Shown here: positions 28,747 through 39,668 of the stretch, in pieces
Layout of the letters: each line of letters starts with the position of its first letter
Numbering within the stretch: position 1 is the stretch's first letter
Assembly: GCA_043745805.1 (NCBI GenBank)
Contig: JAYTSD010000020.1
Span: 145,527-209,526, forward strand
Length of the DNA: 64,000 bases
Direction: 5' to 3'
Source: Fibrobacteria bacterium
Lineage (GTDB): Bacteria; Fibrobacterota; Fibrobacteria; UBA11236
Made by a program: the position numbers and the translations under genes
Notes under the pieces: model-generated
Seen by the model: only the letters and a program-made list of their open reading frames with translations
The model's database searches: none
What the model was told of the DNA's origin: nothing

Positions 28747-31700
28747 ATGGAACTGATTCTTAAGGTTTTCCAACCCTCTTTTATTTTCTTTTATGCCTAT
28801 TTAAGTCTTTCGCTTGCGCAAGCGTTACCAGCGAACTTTACCCTTACTAATATCCTTCCCACGGTAGTACAAGGCACCAGCATTTTGCAAACAGCGGATA
28901 CCCGACTTTTCATCACTGAATTAGGCGGCGATTTAAAAACATATAAAAGTGGCACATCTTATACATTGCATCATTTCCCTACCAGCAATGCGCGCTCGGA
29001 GCAAGGTTTATTCGGATTAGTTGCGGATCCCAATTATGCGACCAATGGTTGGATGTATGTGCATTATTTTGTTTTCGTAAATGGTGGAGATCAAGATTAT
29101 CACGTTGTGATGCGTTTCACATTAGCTAATCCTTTGGGAGGAAATCCAACTTATGTGGATGGTAGTGAATATTTAATTTATCGATTGCCTAATTTACCTG
29201 CGGGTAATTCGCGACATAACGGTGGACATATAACATTTGGTAGCGATGGCTACTTATACATCTGTAAGGGTGAAGGCGAACATCAAGAGCAAGCTGAAAT
29301 TTTAACTAATGTGTTTGGGAAATTAATTCGCATTGATGCGCACAGTAATTCGGCAAGCAATAGCGACATCGATGGTCATTATGGTATTCCAGCAGGTAAT
29401 GCGGGTTTAGCCAAACCGGAAATTTTCGCCTATGGTTTTCGTAATCCTTGGTCTTTAAGTAAAGATCCTTCCAGTGAAGATATTTACATAGGTGACGTGG
29501 GTGGTACTGAGGAAATAAATCGAGTAATCCCATCCTTACATGTAGGGAAGAAATTTGGTTGGGGAGCCGGAGGAAATTCCGGAATGTTTAGTTGTGGCGA
29601 TGCGACCTATGTTTGCCCAATGGTGGCCTATGACGGAGGAGCCGTAACCGGCGTAGCAGTGAAAAGAAATATTGGCGGCAATTGGCCGGCAGAATATATT
29701 AATACGGTTTTTTATTCTGATCATAATGGACGATGGATTAAGTATACGCCGATTGGCCAAAACAATCCTGTAACATTTGATGCGAATGGCGATCAACCCT
29801 TAGGTTTAACCTTTGGTGAAGTGGATGGCAATCTTTATTATTGCACCTATAATAGAAATGGTCTTTGGCAAGTACGTTATGATGGTGTGGTTCCTGTTGC
29901 ACCAGCCATTGTTACTCAACCCGTGAGTAAAACTGTTCATTCTGGAAACACAACAACATTTGCTGTGGTAGCCTCTGGCACACCTTTAAACTTTAAATGG
30001 CAAAGTGCACCTGTAGGAAGCACAAATTTTACGGACCTTGTTGAAGGTGCGATATTTACAGGTGTTGCCACTGCAAATTTAAGTGTTAAACCTACAGTAA
30101 GCCAAGCTGGAAATTATCGCGTAGTGATTTCTAATACCGCTGGCTCCGTAACAAGTAATACGGTAGTACTCGCGGTGTTACCGCCTGACTTTGCGCCTTC
30201 TATTACTTTTAATGCTCCTGCACAAGGTTCTTTTTTTACGGTTCCTAATCCGATTAATTTTTCTGCGACAGCTAATGATCCTGAACAGGGAAATTTACCA
30301 CCTAGTGCATTTCATTGGGATTTAGAATTAGCACATCGTACTTCGCCAAGCGTATATCATACGCATCCTATCACTTTTTACGATGCTACTCAAACAGGAA
30401 ATTTTGCGAGTACGGTTGGAGGCGAGCCAAGTAATCAGGTTTGGTTGCTATTAATTTGTACCGTAACCGATAGCGCCGGCAATATCGATAAAGATACTTT
30501 AACTCTATTCCCTAATTTGGTTCCAATGACTGCGAAGTCTGTGCCTCCTGGATTAAATGTGGTAGCAATGGAATTAGTTAAAACCGATACCACCTTTAAT
30601 GCGGTGATAGGAAATGATGGAAGAATCAATGCCAACTCCCCTCAAATTATCAATGGTGTTCGTTATGATTTTGATCATTGGGTATTCGGAGGCACAGTCC
30701 CGAGTGGTTTGAATACCACCACCCCTTTTCAAACTTTTATCGTACCAACAACAACCTCTATCTTTACGGCGTACTATAATGCCACTCCCGTTGCTACCGT
30801 TTATTCCATTAAAGCGGTTAACAATAATTACGCTACTTTATTAGCAGACAATCGCGTGCAACCTAATTCAGCAACGGTAACCGGCAATAGTCAATTATTT
30901 GAAATGTATGATAATGGCGATGCCACTCTCTATTTAAAAGCCTTAGGCAATGGCAAATATTGCCAAGCAACCGGAGATGCAGATATGACTTGTGATTTAG
31001 CCACAGTCAGTTCTGCTGCCGCAAAATGGACATTAGTGGATAATGGAAATGGAACAAAAGCGGTTAAAAATGCAGGTAGTTTAAAATACATGGTGGCAGA
31101 AGGTGGGGGTGGTGCACCACTCAAAGCAAATCGCGCTAATGTCTCTGGTTGGGAATCTTTTACTTTCGCGGTACAAGCTGCTCCAACCCCTCAATATGGA
31201 ATTACGCTTGCCGTATCAGGCGGCGCGGGAACTACAAGTCCAACGATTGGCACTACGACTCAAGTATCTTCTGGGGGTAGCTTGAATATTACGGCTACTC
31301 CAGGTGCGGGAATGATATTTGATCATTGGACAGTATCGGCTGGATCCACGATTGCCAATGCATTAAGCGCAAATACACAAATCACAAATGTATCAGCAGC
31401 AGGCACAGTCACCGCATTTTTTATTGCGGCCCCTCAATATGGAATTACCCTTGCAACAGGTTCTGGTACAGGTACTACCACTCCAGTAACTGGCACAACC
31501 ACTCAAATCTCTTCCGGCGGCAGCTTGAATATTACGGCTACGCCAGGAGCAGGTATGGTATTCGATCATTGGAATGTATCGGCAGGTTTGACTATTGCAA
31601 ATGCAAATAGCGCTAGCACACAGATCACCAATGTGACGGTGGCAGGAACCGTCTATGCTTATTTTGTCCCCTTTTATGGAATCACTCTTGCCGTGTCAGG

Positions 31701-33189
31701 CACAGGAACAACAACTCCTGCCGTGGGCACAACTACTCAAATAATCTCCGGTGGTAATTTAAATATTACGGCTACGCCAGGAGCAGGTATGGTATTCGAT
31801 CATTGGAATGTATCCGCTGGGTTAACTATTGCAAGTACGACAAGTGCCAGCACACAGATTACGAATGTGTCCGCAGCGGGAACTGTAACGGCTTTCTTTA
31901 TTGCAGCTCCTCCAACTAATGGGACTAAATACGCATTTAAAGCAACCAATAATCAATATGTCACCTTATTAGCAGATAATAAATTGAATCCAAATTCAAC
32001 TACGATAGCGGGCAATAATCAATTATTGGAAGTGGGTAGTAATGGGGATGGTACTGTATATATAAAAGCGGTAGGAAATAATTTGTATTGCCAAGCCACA
32101 GGCGCTAATGATGTGACTTGTGATGCAGCGAGTGCGACAGCAAATGCGGCTAAGTGGACTCAGGTTAATAATGCCAATGGAAGCACTTCATTTAAAAATA
32201 TCGGTACTGCGGGTCATCTGGTAGCTGAAGGTGGCGGTGGACAACCTTTAAAGGCCAATCGCGCCAATATTTCGGGTTGGGAGTCATTTACGATTACTGT
32301 TCAAGTTCCTCAAGGCCCGCAATATGGAATAACAATGGCAGTATCAGGAACTGGAACGACCGCTCCAGCTGTGGGCACAACAACACAAGTGAGCTCGGGT
32401 GGGAGTTTAAATGTAATAGCTACACCAGGAGCTGGAATGAAATTCGATCATTGGACTGTGTCAGCAGGATTGGCCATTACCAGTGCAACGACAGCGTCCA
32501 CGCAAATCACGAATGTGACGGTAGCGGGAACAGTTACAGCCTATTTTATCGCGATACCGCAATATGGAATAACCCTTGCAGCATCGGGTACGGGGACAAC
32601 AGCTCCGGCTGTTGGAACAACTACTCAGGTAACTTCAGGTAATAACTTAAGTGTTACGGCGACACCTAGTGCAGGAATGCTCTTTGATCACTGGACCGTA
32701 TCGGCTGGGTTAACTATCACTAGTACAACCAGTGCAACAACGCAAATCACTAATGTAACAGTCGCGGGTACGGTAACCGCCTATTTTGTGACAGCGCCTC
32801 TGGGCACAAGGTATTCTTTTAAAGCGGTTAACAATCAATATGTTACTTTACAAGCGGATACAAAATTAATCCCCAATTCAACCACAGTTGCTGGCAATAA
32901 TCAATTGTTTGAAATCGGGAGTAACGCAGACGCTACGCTATATATTAAGTCTTTAGGCAATGGCTTATATTGTCAAGCTACAGGTGCAAATGATGTTACT
33001 TGCGATCTTGCTTCGGTTAGTATTGCTGCAGCAAAATGGACGCAAACCAATAATGCCAATGGCACGAAGTCTTTTAAAAATAGCGGAACCAATGGTTATT
33101 TGGTAGCAGAAAACGGCGGTGGCGCACCTCTAAAAGCAAATCGTGCCAATATTTCGGGTTGGGAATCCTTTACCCTATTAGCCCAGTAA
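28747..33189 (+). CDS. Secreted PQQ-dependent sugar dehydrogenase (GSDH beta-propeller) with Ig domains, 3 fascin-like beta-trefoils and 5 InlB-B-like repeats
   Basis: EQGLFGL..DPNY..NG, HNGGHITFGSDGYLYI and YGFRNPW motifs. Three repeats end in AE.GGG.PLKANRAN.SGWESFT, and five have the form YGIT.A...ATP.AGM.FDHW.VSAG. Confidence 0.88.
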   Translation: MELILKVFQPSFIFFYAYLSLSLAQALPANFTLTNILPTVVQGTSILQTADTRLFITELGGDLKTYKSGTSYTLHHFPTSNARSEQGLFGLVADPNYATNGWMYVHYFVFVNGGDQDYHVVMRFTLANPLGGNPTYVDGSEYLIYRLPNLPAGNSRHNGGHITFGSDGYLYICKGEGEHQEQAEILTNVFGKLIRIDAHSNSASNSDIDGHYGIPAGNAGLAKPEIFAYGFRNPWSLSKDPSSEDIYIGDVGGTEEINRVIPSLHVGKKFGWGAGGNSGMFSCGDATYVCPMVAYDGGAVTGVAVKRNIGGNWPAEYINTVFYSDHNGRWIKYTPIGQNNPVTFDANGDQPLGLTFGEVDGNLYYCTYNRNGLWQVRYDGVVPVAPAIVTQPVSKTVHSGNTTTFAVVASGTPLNFKWQSAPVGSTNFTDLVEGAIFTGVATANLSVKPTVSQAGNYRVVISNTAGSVTSNTVVLAVLPPDFAPSITFNAPAQGSFFTVPNPINFSATANDPEQGNLPPSAFHWDLELAHRTSPSVYHTHPITFYDATQTGNFASTVGGEPSNQVWLLLICTVTDSAGNIDKDTLTLFPNLVPMTAKSVPPGLNVVAMELVKTDTTFNAVIGNDGRINANSPQIINGVRYDFDHWVFGGTVPSGLNTTTPFQTFIVPTTTSIFTAYYNATPVATVYSIKAVNNNYATLLADNRVQPNSATVTGNSQLFEMYDNGDATLYLKALGNGKYCQATGDADMTCDLATVSSAAAKWTLVDNGNGTKAVKNAGSLKYMVAEGGGGAPLKANRANVSGWESFTFAVQAAPTPQYGITLAVSGGAGTTSPTIGTTTQVSSGGSLNITATPGAGMIFDHWTVSAGSTIANALSANTQITNVSAAGTVTAFFIAAPQYGITLATGSGTGTTTPVTGTTTQISSGGSLNITATPGAGMVFDHWNVSAGLTIANANSASTQITNVTVAGTVYAYFVPFYGITLAVSGTGTTTPAVGTTTQIISGGNLNITATPGAGMVFDHWNVSAGLTIASTTSASTQITNVSAAGTVTAFFIAAPPTNGTKYAFKATNNQYVTLLADNKLNPNSTTIAGNNQLLEVGSNGDGTVYIKAVGNNLYCQATGANDVTCDAASATANAAKWTQVNNANGSTSFKNIGTAGHLVAEGGGGQPLKANRANISGWESFTITVQVPQGPQYGITMAVSGTGTTAPAVGTTTQVSSGGSLNVIATPGAGMKFDHWTVSAGLAITSATTASTQITNVTVAGTVTAYFIAIPQYGITLAASGTGTTAPAVGTTTQVTSGNNLSVTATPSAGMLFDHWTVSAGLTITSTTSATTQITNVTVAGTVTAYFVTAPLGTRYSFKAVNNQYVTLQADTKLIPNSTTVAGNNQLFEIGSNADATLYIKSLGNGLYCQATGANDVTCDLASVSIAAAKWTQTNNANGTKSFKNSGTNGYLVAENGGGAPLKANRANISGWESFTLLAQ
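30799..33186 (+). repeat. Intragenic domain repeats in the order F-R-R-R-F-R-R-F (F = fascin-like, R = about 80-aa beta repeat)
   Basis: Repeated nucleotide blocks such as aatattacggctacgccaggagcaggtatggtattcgatcattggaatgtatc at about 31528 and 31762, and the repeated peptides in the translation. Confidence 0.85.
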
Positions 33190-33299
33190 TATTACTGAGT
33201 ATTTCGGTACACATTTACGAGTTCTTCTTTTTTGGAGATCTCGTTACTATTGATGCTTATAGCATCTCTGATAGAAGTAAAATGAGAAACATTTTTATT

Positions 33300-33318
33300 T
33301 GGGGCCATTAGGGCCTAA
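33300..33318. promoter_or_regulatory. 19-bp imperfect palindrome (candidate operator), copy 2
   Basis: tggggccattagggcctaa. It is followed by atctaggaaaga at exactly the same spacing as copy 1 (33334 vs 28664). Confidence 0.55.
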
Positions 33319-33424
33319 AAGAGAAGATGGTAAATCTAGGAAAGACTTCGATTAATAAATATTTCCGAAGTGTAGTTCAAGGACAAAGCCACATAATAAA
33401 AACATTTATGCAGGGGATCCTTTT

Positions 33425-36400
33425 ATGCAAAGAATATTAAAGTTTTTTAATGTCGCAACTATTTTTTTATTTGCGTGCTTAAGCGTTTCGCTCTTACAAG
33501 CAATTCCCCCTGCGAACTTTACTTTAAATAATATACTCCCCACTATTAAACATGGTACTACGGTTGTACAAACGGCAGATAGCCGTCTCTTTATTACTGA
33601 ATTAGGTGGCGATTTAAAAACTTATAAAAATGGTGCTTCTTATACATTGCATCATTTTCCAACGAGTAATGCTCGCTCTGAGCAAGGCCTATTTGGCTTG
33701 GCCGTTGATCCCAATTATGCTAGCAATGGCTGGATGTATGTGCATTATTTCGTGTACGTTAATGGTGGTGATCAAGATTATCATGTGATTATGCGCTTCA
33801 CGCTTTCTACTCCGCTCGGAGGCAATCCTGCTTATGTAGATGGTAGCGAATATCTTATTTACCGTATGCCGAATTTACCCGGTGGCGCGTCTCGGCATAA
33901 TGGCGGACATTTGGTTTTTGGCAATGATGGCTTTTTATATATCGCAAAAGGCGAAGGTGAGCGTCAGGAACAAGCGGATAATTTAACTAATGTATTTGGC
34001 AAATTAATTCGTATTGATGCACATAGTACTACCGCAAGTAATAGCGATGTGAATGGCCATTATGGTATTCCTACCGGCAATCCAGGCTATGCTAAACCAG
34101 AAATATTTGCTAATGGATTTCGCAATCCTTGGTCCATGACCAAAGATCCTTCTAGCGAAGATATTTATCTCGGCGATGTAGGGGGTACCGAAGAAGTTAA
34201 CCGGATTATCCCTTCACAGCATGTGGGTAAAAAATTTGGTTGGGGTGCGGGTGGAAATTCGGGTATGTATAATTGCGGGGATGCCGCCTATGCTTGTCCT
34301 ATGGTGGCCTATGGAGGTGGAGCTATCACGGGTGTGGCTATTAAACGTAATATTGGTAGTGCTTGGCCAGCCCCTTATGCCAATGCGGTATTCTATTCGG
34401 ATCATAATGGCAGATGGATTAAGTATACCGCGATTGGAACGAATGGTGGAACCATTTTTGATTCCGGCGATCAACCCTTAGGATTAACTTTCGGTGAGGC
34501 CGATGGCGACATGTATTATTGTACCTATAATCGCGATGGCTTATGGCAAGTGCATTATAATGGGACTTCGGTTGTAGCACCTGCTATTGCGACTCATCCG
34601 CAAAACACGAGTGTGAACTCAGGCAATCAAGCCAATTTTTCTGTTGTGGCTTCGGGATCAACACTTGCTTACAAATGGCAAAGCGCTCCGATTGGCAGCA
34701 CGACTTTTACGGACCTTGTCAATAACACCATTTTTAGTGGTGTAACAACGGCCAACTTAACCATTACCGCTACTGTAAGCCAAGCAGCTAATTATCGGGT
34801 GATTGTTTCGAATACAGCGGGAAGTGTTACCAGTAACTCTGCGCAACTGACAGTATTAGCGGCCAATGCTCCACCGGTGATTACTTTTGTTTCTCCTGCG
34901 CAAGGATCTTTTTTCACTATCCCCAATCAAATCAATTTTTCGGCGACGGCTAACGATCCTGAGCAGGGCGTTTTACCTGCCAGCGCTTTTCACTGGGACA
35001 TTGAATTAGGGCATCGCGTATCTCCAACGAATTATCATACTCATCCCGTCACATTTTTTGATGGAATAAAATCAGGGAGTTTTCCTAGCACAGTGGAAGC
35101 AGAACCAAGTCCACAAGTATGGTTGCTCTTAATTTTAACAGTAACCGATAATGCGGGTAATATCGATAAAGATACTCTTTCAATATATCCTAATCTCACC
35201 ACAGTTACGGCCAAGTCTGTTCCTGCGGGTTTAAATGTAGTGGTCATGGATTTAGTAAAAACGGATACTACTTTCCCCGCTGTTATTGGCAATGATGGAA
35301 GAATAAATGCAAATACTCCGCAATTTGCGAATGGCAATCGTTATGATTTCGAGCATTGGAGTTTTTCCGGAGATGTCCCGCCGGAATTAAATACCACAAC
35401 AGTTTTCCAAAACTTTATTGTACGCGGAAACCCTACAACTTTTACGGCGAATTATATCGCTACGCCCGTCCCCACTTTGCAAGCGGAAGCGGCCGCATTT
35501 GTTGGAGCTACAGTCGGCAATGGTTATGCTGGATATCATGGCACAGGATTTTTGGATTATCAAAATGCCAGCAATGATTATATCGAATGGACGGCAGCAG
35601 CAACCACAGCAGGTGTTTATACCATTGGCTTTCGTTATGCTTTAAGTGCGGGTAATCGTCCACTCAAACTTACCATTAATGGAGTGGATGTTGTGGCTTC
35701 ATTAAGCTTCCCCGCTACTGGAGCATTTACCACTTGGGCTACCATTAATACTGTACAAAATCTTATTGCCGGCAATAATAAAATTCGTCTCACTGCCATT
35801 GGAAGCAGTGGTGGAAATTTTGATGAAATGACCTACTCCTTGAATGGTCCACCTAATACCAAAACGTATGGGGTAACATTGAGTGTCGCCAATGGCTTAG
35901 GATCGGTTTCGCCCGTAGGTACCACTCAAGTTACTGCTGGTGCCAATTTGACGATTAGTGCAACACCTAGTGCGGGTTATGTTTTTGCGCATTGGCATGC
36001 AACAGGCGTGACAGTAGCAGATTTGAACAATCCCAATACCAATGTCGTATCCGTGAATGCAATTGGCACCGTGCAAGCACATTTTGATACGATTCAATCT
36101 GTAACCACTAAAACTTTCCCTGCGGAAAACGCGACTTTTGTGGGTCCGGTTTTTGGGAATAATTATACAGGTTATAATGGCACTGGATTTTTGGATTATC
36201 AAAATGCTAGTATTGATTATATCGAGTGGACAGTACCCACTACTGCTGCAGGTTCTTATAATTTGGCTTTTCGTTATGCTCAAGGTTCAGGAAATCGTTC
36301 GCTTAAACTAAGGATTAATGGGGTTGATGTAGTCGCTTCCTTAACTTTTGCAGCAACAGGTTCTTTTAATACCTGGGCTACAGTTACATCCACACAAAGT

Positions 36401-36817
36401 CTTATTAATGGCTCGAATAAAATTCGTCTGACAGCTATCGGTAGTAGCGGTGGAAATTTTGATGAGCTCACCGTTAGTGGAGCAGGTTTAGCTAAAAGAG
36501 GCTCCGAAAATTTTTCAGCTACTCCAAGTAGAAATTATTTAGGTTTGCAAAAAAATATATATCGCCTATCTTCAGCACAATTTATTCCTATTGGACTTGC
36601 GAATAATGTGGATGATAATGCTTTGCTCGAATTTAAATTGATTTCCTTAGAAGGAAAAATTTCTGCTTACTTTAAAAAACCTATAATTGGATTAATGGAG
36701 TATCAATGGGATGTGGGAAACAATTCCAATTTAAAACCGGGCTTGTATTTTTATCAAGTAAAAATATTAGGCTTAGAAACAAAAATAAAATCCGGAAAAT
36801 TGATGTTATTACGTTAA
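33425..36817 (+). CDS. Secreted PQQ-dependent sugar dehydrogenase paralog with two CBM35/CBM6-like modules and a C-terminal sorting-like domain
   Basis: The N-terminal 680 aa or so are colinear with the 28747 protein. Two modules have the form AE.A....GY.GTGFLDY...FRYA...NFDE, and the tail has LISLEGK...LKPGLYFYQV...KLMLLR. Confidence 0.88.
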   Translation: MQRILKFFNVATIFLFACLSVSLLQAIPPANFTLNNILPTIKHGTTVVQTADSRLFITELGGDLKTYKNGASYTLHHFPTSNARSEQGLFGLAVDPNYASNGWMYVHYFVYVNGGDQDYHVIMRFTLSTPLGGNPAYVDGSEYLIYRMPNLPGGASRHNGGHLVFGNDGFLYIAKGEGERQEQADNLTNVFGKLIRIDAHSTTASNSDVNGHYGIPTGNPGYAKPEIFANGFRNPWSMTKDPSSEDIYLGDVGGTEEVNRIIPSQHVGKKFGWGAGGNSGMYNCGDAAYACPMVAYGGGAITGVAIKRNIGSAWPAPYANAVFYSDHNGRWIKYTAIGTNGGTIFDSGDQPLGLTFGEADGDMYYCTYNRDGLWQVHYNGTSVVAPAIATHPQNTSVNSGNQANFSVVASGSTLAYKWQSAPIGSTTFTDLVNNTIFSGVTTANLTITATVSQAANYRVIVSNTAGSVTSNSAQLTVLAANAPPVITFVSPAQGSFFTIPNQINFSATANDPEQGVLPASAFHWDIELGHRVSPTNYHTHPVTFFDGIKSGSFPSTVEAEPSPQVWLLLILTVTDNAGNIDKDTLSIYPNLTTVTAKSVPAGLNVVVMDLVKTDTTFPAVIGNDGRINANTPQFANGNRYDFEHWSFSGDVPPELNTTTVFQNFIVRGNPTTFTANYIATPVPTLQAEAAAFVGATVGNGYAGYHGTGFLDYQNASNDYIEWTAAATTAGVYTIGFRYALSAGNRPLKLTINGVDVVASLSFPATGAFTTWATINTVQNLIAGNNKIRLTAIGSSGGNFDEMTYSLNGPPNTKTYGVTLSVANGLGSVSPVGTTQVTAGANLTISATPSAGYVFAHWHATGVTVADLNNPNTNVVSVNAIGTVQAHFDTIQSVTTKTFPAENATFVGPVFGNNYTGYNGTGFLDYQNASIDYIEWTVPTTAAGSYNLAFRYAQGSGNRSLKLRINGVDVVASLTFAATGSFNTWATVTSTQSLINGSNKIRLTAIGSSGGNFDELTVSGAGLAKRGSENFSATPSRNYLGLQKNIYRLSSAQFIPIGLANNVDDNALLEFKLISLEGKISAYFKKPIIGLMEYQWDVGNNSNLKPGLYFYQVKILGLETKIKSGKLMLLR

Positions 36818-36840
36818 GTATTTCTTTACTTTGTTAATTT

Positions 36841-36866
36841 AAGCCTCCTCTTTGAGGGGGCTTTTT
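36841..36866 (+). terminator. Intrinsic terminator
   Basis: aagcctcctc-ttt-gagggggcttttt. Confidence 0.8.
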
Positions 36867-36953
36867 ATTTTGTATGGGTTTTATGTCTTAAAAATCCAAC
36901 AAGAATAAAAAAAGCTATTAGGTTTTGGGGAATGTTAAAAGGATATCAATCGA

Positions 36954-38228
36954 ATGGATAAATTAGATTCTATTTCCGAAAAAGAAAAACCTAAGGGAAA
37001 AGTGTTTACACCCTATCAGGTTTTTATCATAGCCATTTTGGCTTTCTTACAGTTTTCCATTGTCTTGGATTTTATGATTCTCTCCCCTCTCGGCGCTTTG
37101 TTGATGGATGTATTGCATATTACCACCAAACAATTTGGTTTATTGGTTTCGGTTTATGCCTTTAGTGCAGGCTCCGCAGGTATATTGGCGGCGGGATTCG
37201 CGGATAAGTTCGATCGGAAAAAACTTTTATTGTTTTTTTATGCTGGCTTTATTCTCGGTACTTTTTTATGTGGTATAGCGCCTAATTATCACTTTCTTTT
37301 GATAGCGCGTATTGTAACCGGCCTATTTGGTGGAGTAATCGGATCTATTAGTTTTTCTATTATTGCTGATTTATTCGCTATGGAATTTCGCGGACGTGTA
37401 ATGGGTTTTGTGCAAACGGCCTTTGCCACGACTCAAGTTTTAGGTATACCCTTAGGTCTTTATCTCTCTAATCATTGGGGCTGGCATATGCCCTTTTTAA
37501 TGATTGTAGGTATCAGTATAATTGTTGCCATTTTAATTGCCGTTAAAATGAAACCTATTGATGCGCATTTAAAAATTTCATCCGATCGCAATGCCTTTCA
37601 ACATTTATTAAAAACGGTTTCACAAATGCGTTATTTAAAAGCCTTTGCCGCCACCACTTTATTGGCTACGGGTGGATTTATGTTAATGCCTTTTGGCAGT
37701 GCGTTCAGTGTGCATAATTTGGGAATCTCTTTACATAAATTACCTATGGTCTATATGATTACTGGATTTGCATCAATATTAGCAGGCCCTTTAATGGGTA
37801 AGTTAAGCGATTCTATTGGCAAATACGCGGTGTTTTTTATCGGGTCCGTTATCAGTATGATCATGGTATTAATCTACTGTAACTTGGGAGTTACTCCATT
37901 ATGGGCGGTTATATTGGTTAATGTTATTTTATTTATTGGAATATCCGCTCGGATTATTTCCGCCTCTGCATTAATGTCAGCGGTTCCCGACCCCAGGGAT
38001 AGAGGGGCTTTCATGGCCATTAACGCTTCTACTCAGCAACTTTCCGGTGGTTTGGCGGCAACCTTAGCTGGTTTTATAGTGATACAAAATGCGGACGAAT
38101 CTCTAGGCCAATATAATGTATTAGGTTTTGTATCAGTTGGAGCAATGATGCTTACTTTAATCATGCTTTATTTTATCAATAAATCGGTCATCGAAAAACA
38201 AAAAATGATCGAAGTAAAAACGCATTAA
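36954..38228 (+). CDS. MFS transporter (DHA1-like)
   Basis: About 12 TM segments, ADKFDRKK loop, ARIVTGLFGG and RGRVMG motifs. Confidence 0.93.
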   Translation: MDKLDSISEKEKPKGKVFTPYQVFIIAILAFLQFSIVLDFMILSPLGALLMDVLHITTKQFGLLVSVYAFSAGSAGILAAGFADKFDRKKLLLFFYAGFILGTFLCGIAPNYHFLLIARIVTGLFGGVIGSISFSIIADLFAMEFRGRVMGFVQTAFATTQVLGIPLGLYLSNHWGWHMPFLMIVGISIIVAILIAVKMKPIDAHLKISSDRNAFQHLLKTVSQMRYLKAFAATTLLATGGFMLMPFGSAFSVHNLGISLHKLPMVYMITGFASILAGPLMGKLSDSIGKYAVFFIGSVISMIMVLIYCNLGVTPLWAVILVNVILFIGISARIISASALMSAVPDPRDRGAFMAINASTQQLSGGLAATLAGFIVIQNADESLGQYNVLGFVSVGAMMLTLIMLYFINKSVIEKQKMIEVKTH

Positions 38229-38280
38229 TTTTTAGTCCTAACTTTATTACTTCCTATTTTCCCTTTATGAATTGTAATCG

Positions 38281-39198
38281 ATGAATTTATCCCCTCAAAA
38301 ATCCCGAAAACCTATGGATGCCTTCGCCGCTTTCATTATGCTTTTACTTTGCCTAGTTTGGGGTTTACATCAAGTAGCCATTAAAGCGGCGGGTGCGGAT
38401 ATGAATCCAGTTTTGCAAGTGGGGATTCGTTCCTTAGTGGCCGCGACAATAATGTTTGTGATGCTATGGTTACGTAAGCAATTAAATCAATTTCGTAGAG
38501 AAACCTTTATTCCTGGAATAGTCATAAGTATTTTATTTGCTGGCGAATTCTTATGTGTTGCCCTCGGTTTAAATTTTACCAGCGCATCTCATATGTCGGT
38601 GTTTCTTTATACCGCGCCTATATTCGCTGCCTTAGGATTGCATTTTTGGGTAAAGGGAGAAAAACTAAAATGGTTGCAATGGATAGGAATACTCGTAGCC
38701 TTCACCGGAATCGCTTTCGCTTTTTCTAATGGATTTAGTAGAGGTGACAGTTTCTCAAAATTAATTCTATGGGGAGACATACTTGGTGTATGTGCTGGAC
38801 TATTTTGGGCGGCGACAACGGTTTATATTCGTTTTTCGGTTTTATCAGAAGCACCTGCTTCGATCACTTTATTATATCAACTTTTAGGGGCTGCATTAAT
38901 ATTACTTCCCATTGCTTATTGTAAAGGCTATACCCATACATTTTCTATGACGACCGTAGTTTGGACAAGTTTAATTTTTCAGTCCGTGATAATCGCTTTT
39001 GTCAGTTTTTTGACTTGGTTTTGGATGTTACGTATTTATTTAGCATCCCGGCTTTCGGTATTTTCTTTTTTAACACCATTATTCGGAGTCGCTTTTGGGG
39101 TGTGGCTTTTGCACGATACTTTGGATCAACGATTTATTGTAGGCTCGGTTTTAGTGATGCTGGGCGTGATCACCGTGAATTGGAAAACCGCCGACTAA
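38281..39198 (+). CDS. DMT/EamA-family transporter
   Basis: Two EamA halves: VFLYTAPIFAALG.H....EKL and FSFLTPLFGVAFG. Confidence 0.92.
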   Translation: MNLSPQKSRKPMDAFAAFIMLLLCLVWGLHQVAIKAAGADMNPVLQVGIRSLVAATIMFVMLWLRKQLNQFRRETFIPGIVISILFAGEFLCVALGLNFTSASHMSVFLYTAPIFAALGLHFWVKGEKLKWLQWIGILVAFTGIAFAFSNGFSRGDSFSKLILWGDILGVCAGLFWAATTVYIRFSVLSEAPASITLLYQLLGAALILLPIAYCKGYTHTFSMTTVVWTSLIFQSVIIAFVSFLTWFWMLRIYLASRLSVFSFLTPLFGVAFGVWLLHDTLDQRFIVGSVLVMLGVITVNWKTAD

Positions 39199-39668
39199 TT
39201 ATTCAATAATTTATTTAATCCGTAAATAAAGTCTTTACGATTATCATGTACTTCGGGAATTTTATTGGTCATTTCAATCGCTTCCTTAGGGCAAGCTTCG
39301 ACGCAATAACCGCAATAAATGCATTTCAACATATCGATTTCAAAAACCTTAGGAATTTTATCGCGACCATCCCAAGTGGGTGGTGCAGCTTGCGCTTCGA
39401 TATTAATGCAAAGCGCAGGACAGGCTGTAGCGCACATATAACAGGCCACGCATTTCATATGACCATCGGCATCCTTAGTTAAGCGATGCTCCCCACGAAA
39501 GCGTTCGTTGATTTCAGGACGTGCTTCTGGGTATTGTATAGTAACTGGTTTTTTAAAAAACTGCTTGATGGAAACTGTCATTCCTTGCGCAATGGCAGGC
39601 AGATATATGCTATTCCAAAAGGAAAGTTTATTGCCTTGTGTGGAAGGCTTAATCGTTTTAACGGACAT
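39195..39668 (-). CDS. nuoI: NADH-quinone oxidoreductase subunit I
   Basis: TIQYPE, RFRGEH, CVACYMCATACP and CIYCGYCVEACP. Confidence 0.96.
   Translation of the reverse strand: MSVKTIKPSTQGNKLSFWNSIYLPAIAQGMTVSIKQFFKKPVTIQYPEARPEINERFRGEHRLTKDADGHMKCVACYMCATACPALCINIEAQAAPPTWDGRDKIPKVFEIDMLKCIYCGYCVEACPKEAIEMTNKIPEVHDNRKDFIYGLNKLLNN

Noticed and set aside
30799-33186. Repeats as a CRISPR array or diversity-generating retroelement target
   Set aside because: They are in-frame protein domain repeats of 240-370 bp with synonymous divergence. There is no spacer structure, cas gene or reverse transcriptase in the window.
33184-33197. Perfect 14-bp palindrome cagtaatattactg over the stop codon of the first dehydrogenase
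   Set aside because: It is a single AT-rich occurrence without a U-tract. Only partial gtaatac look-alikes occur near 28493 and 52043, too weak to call a site.
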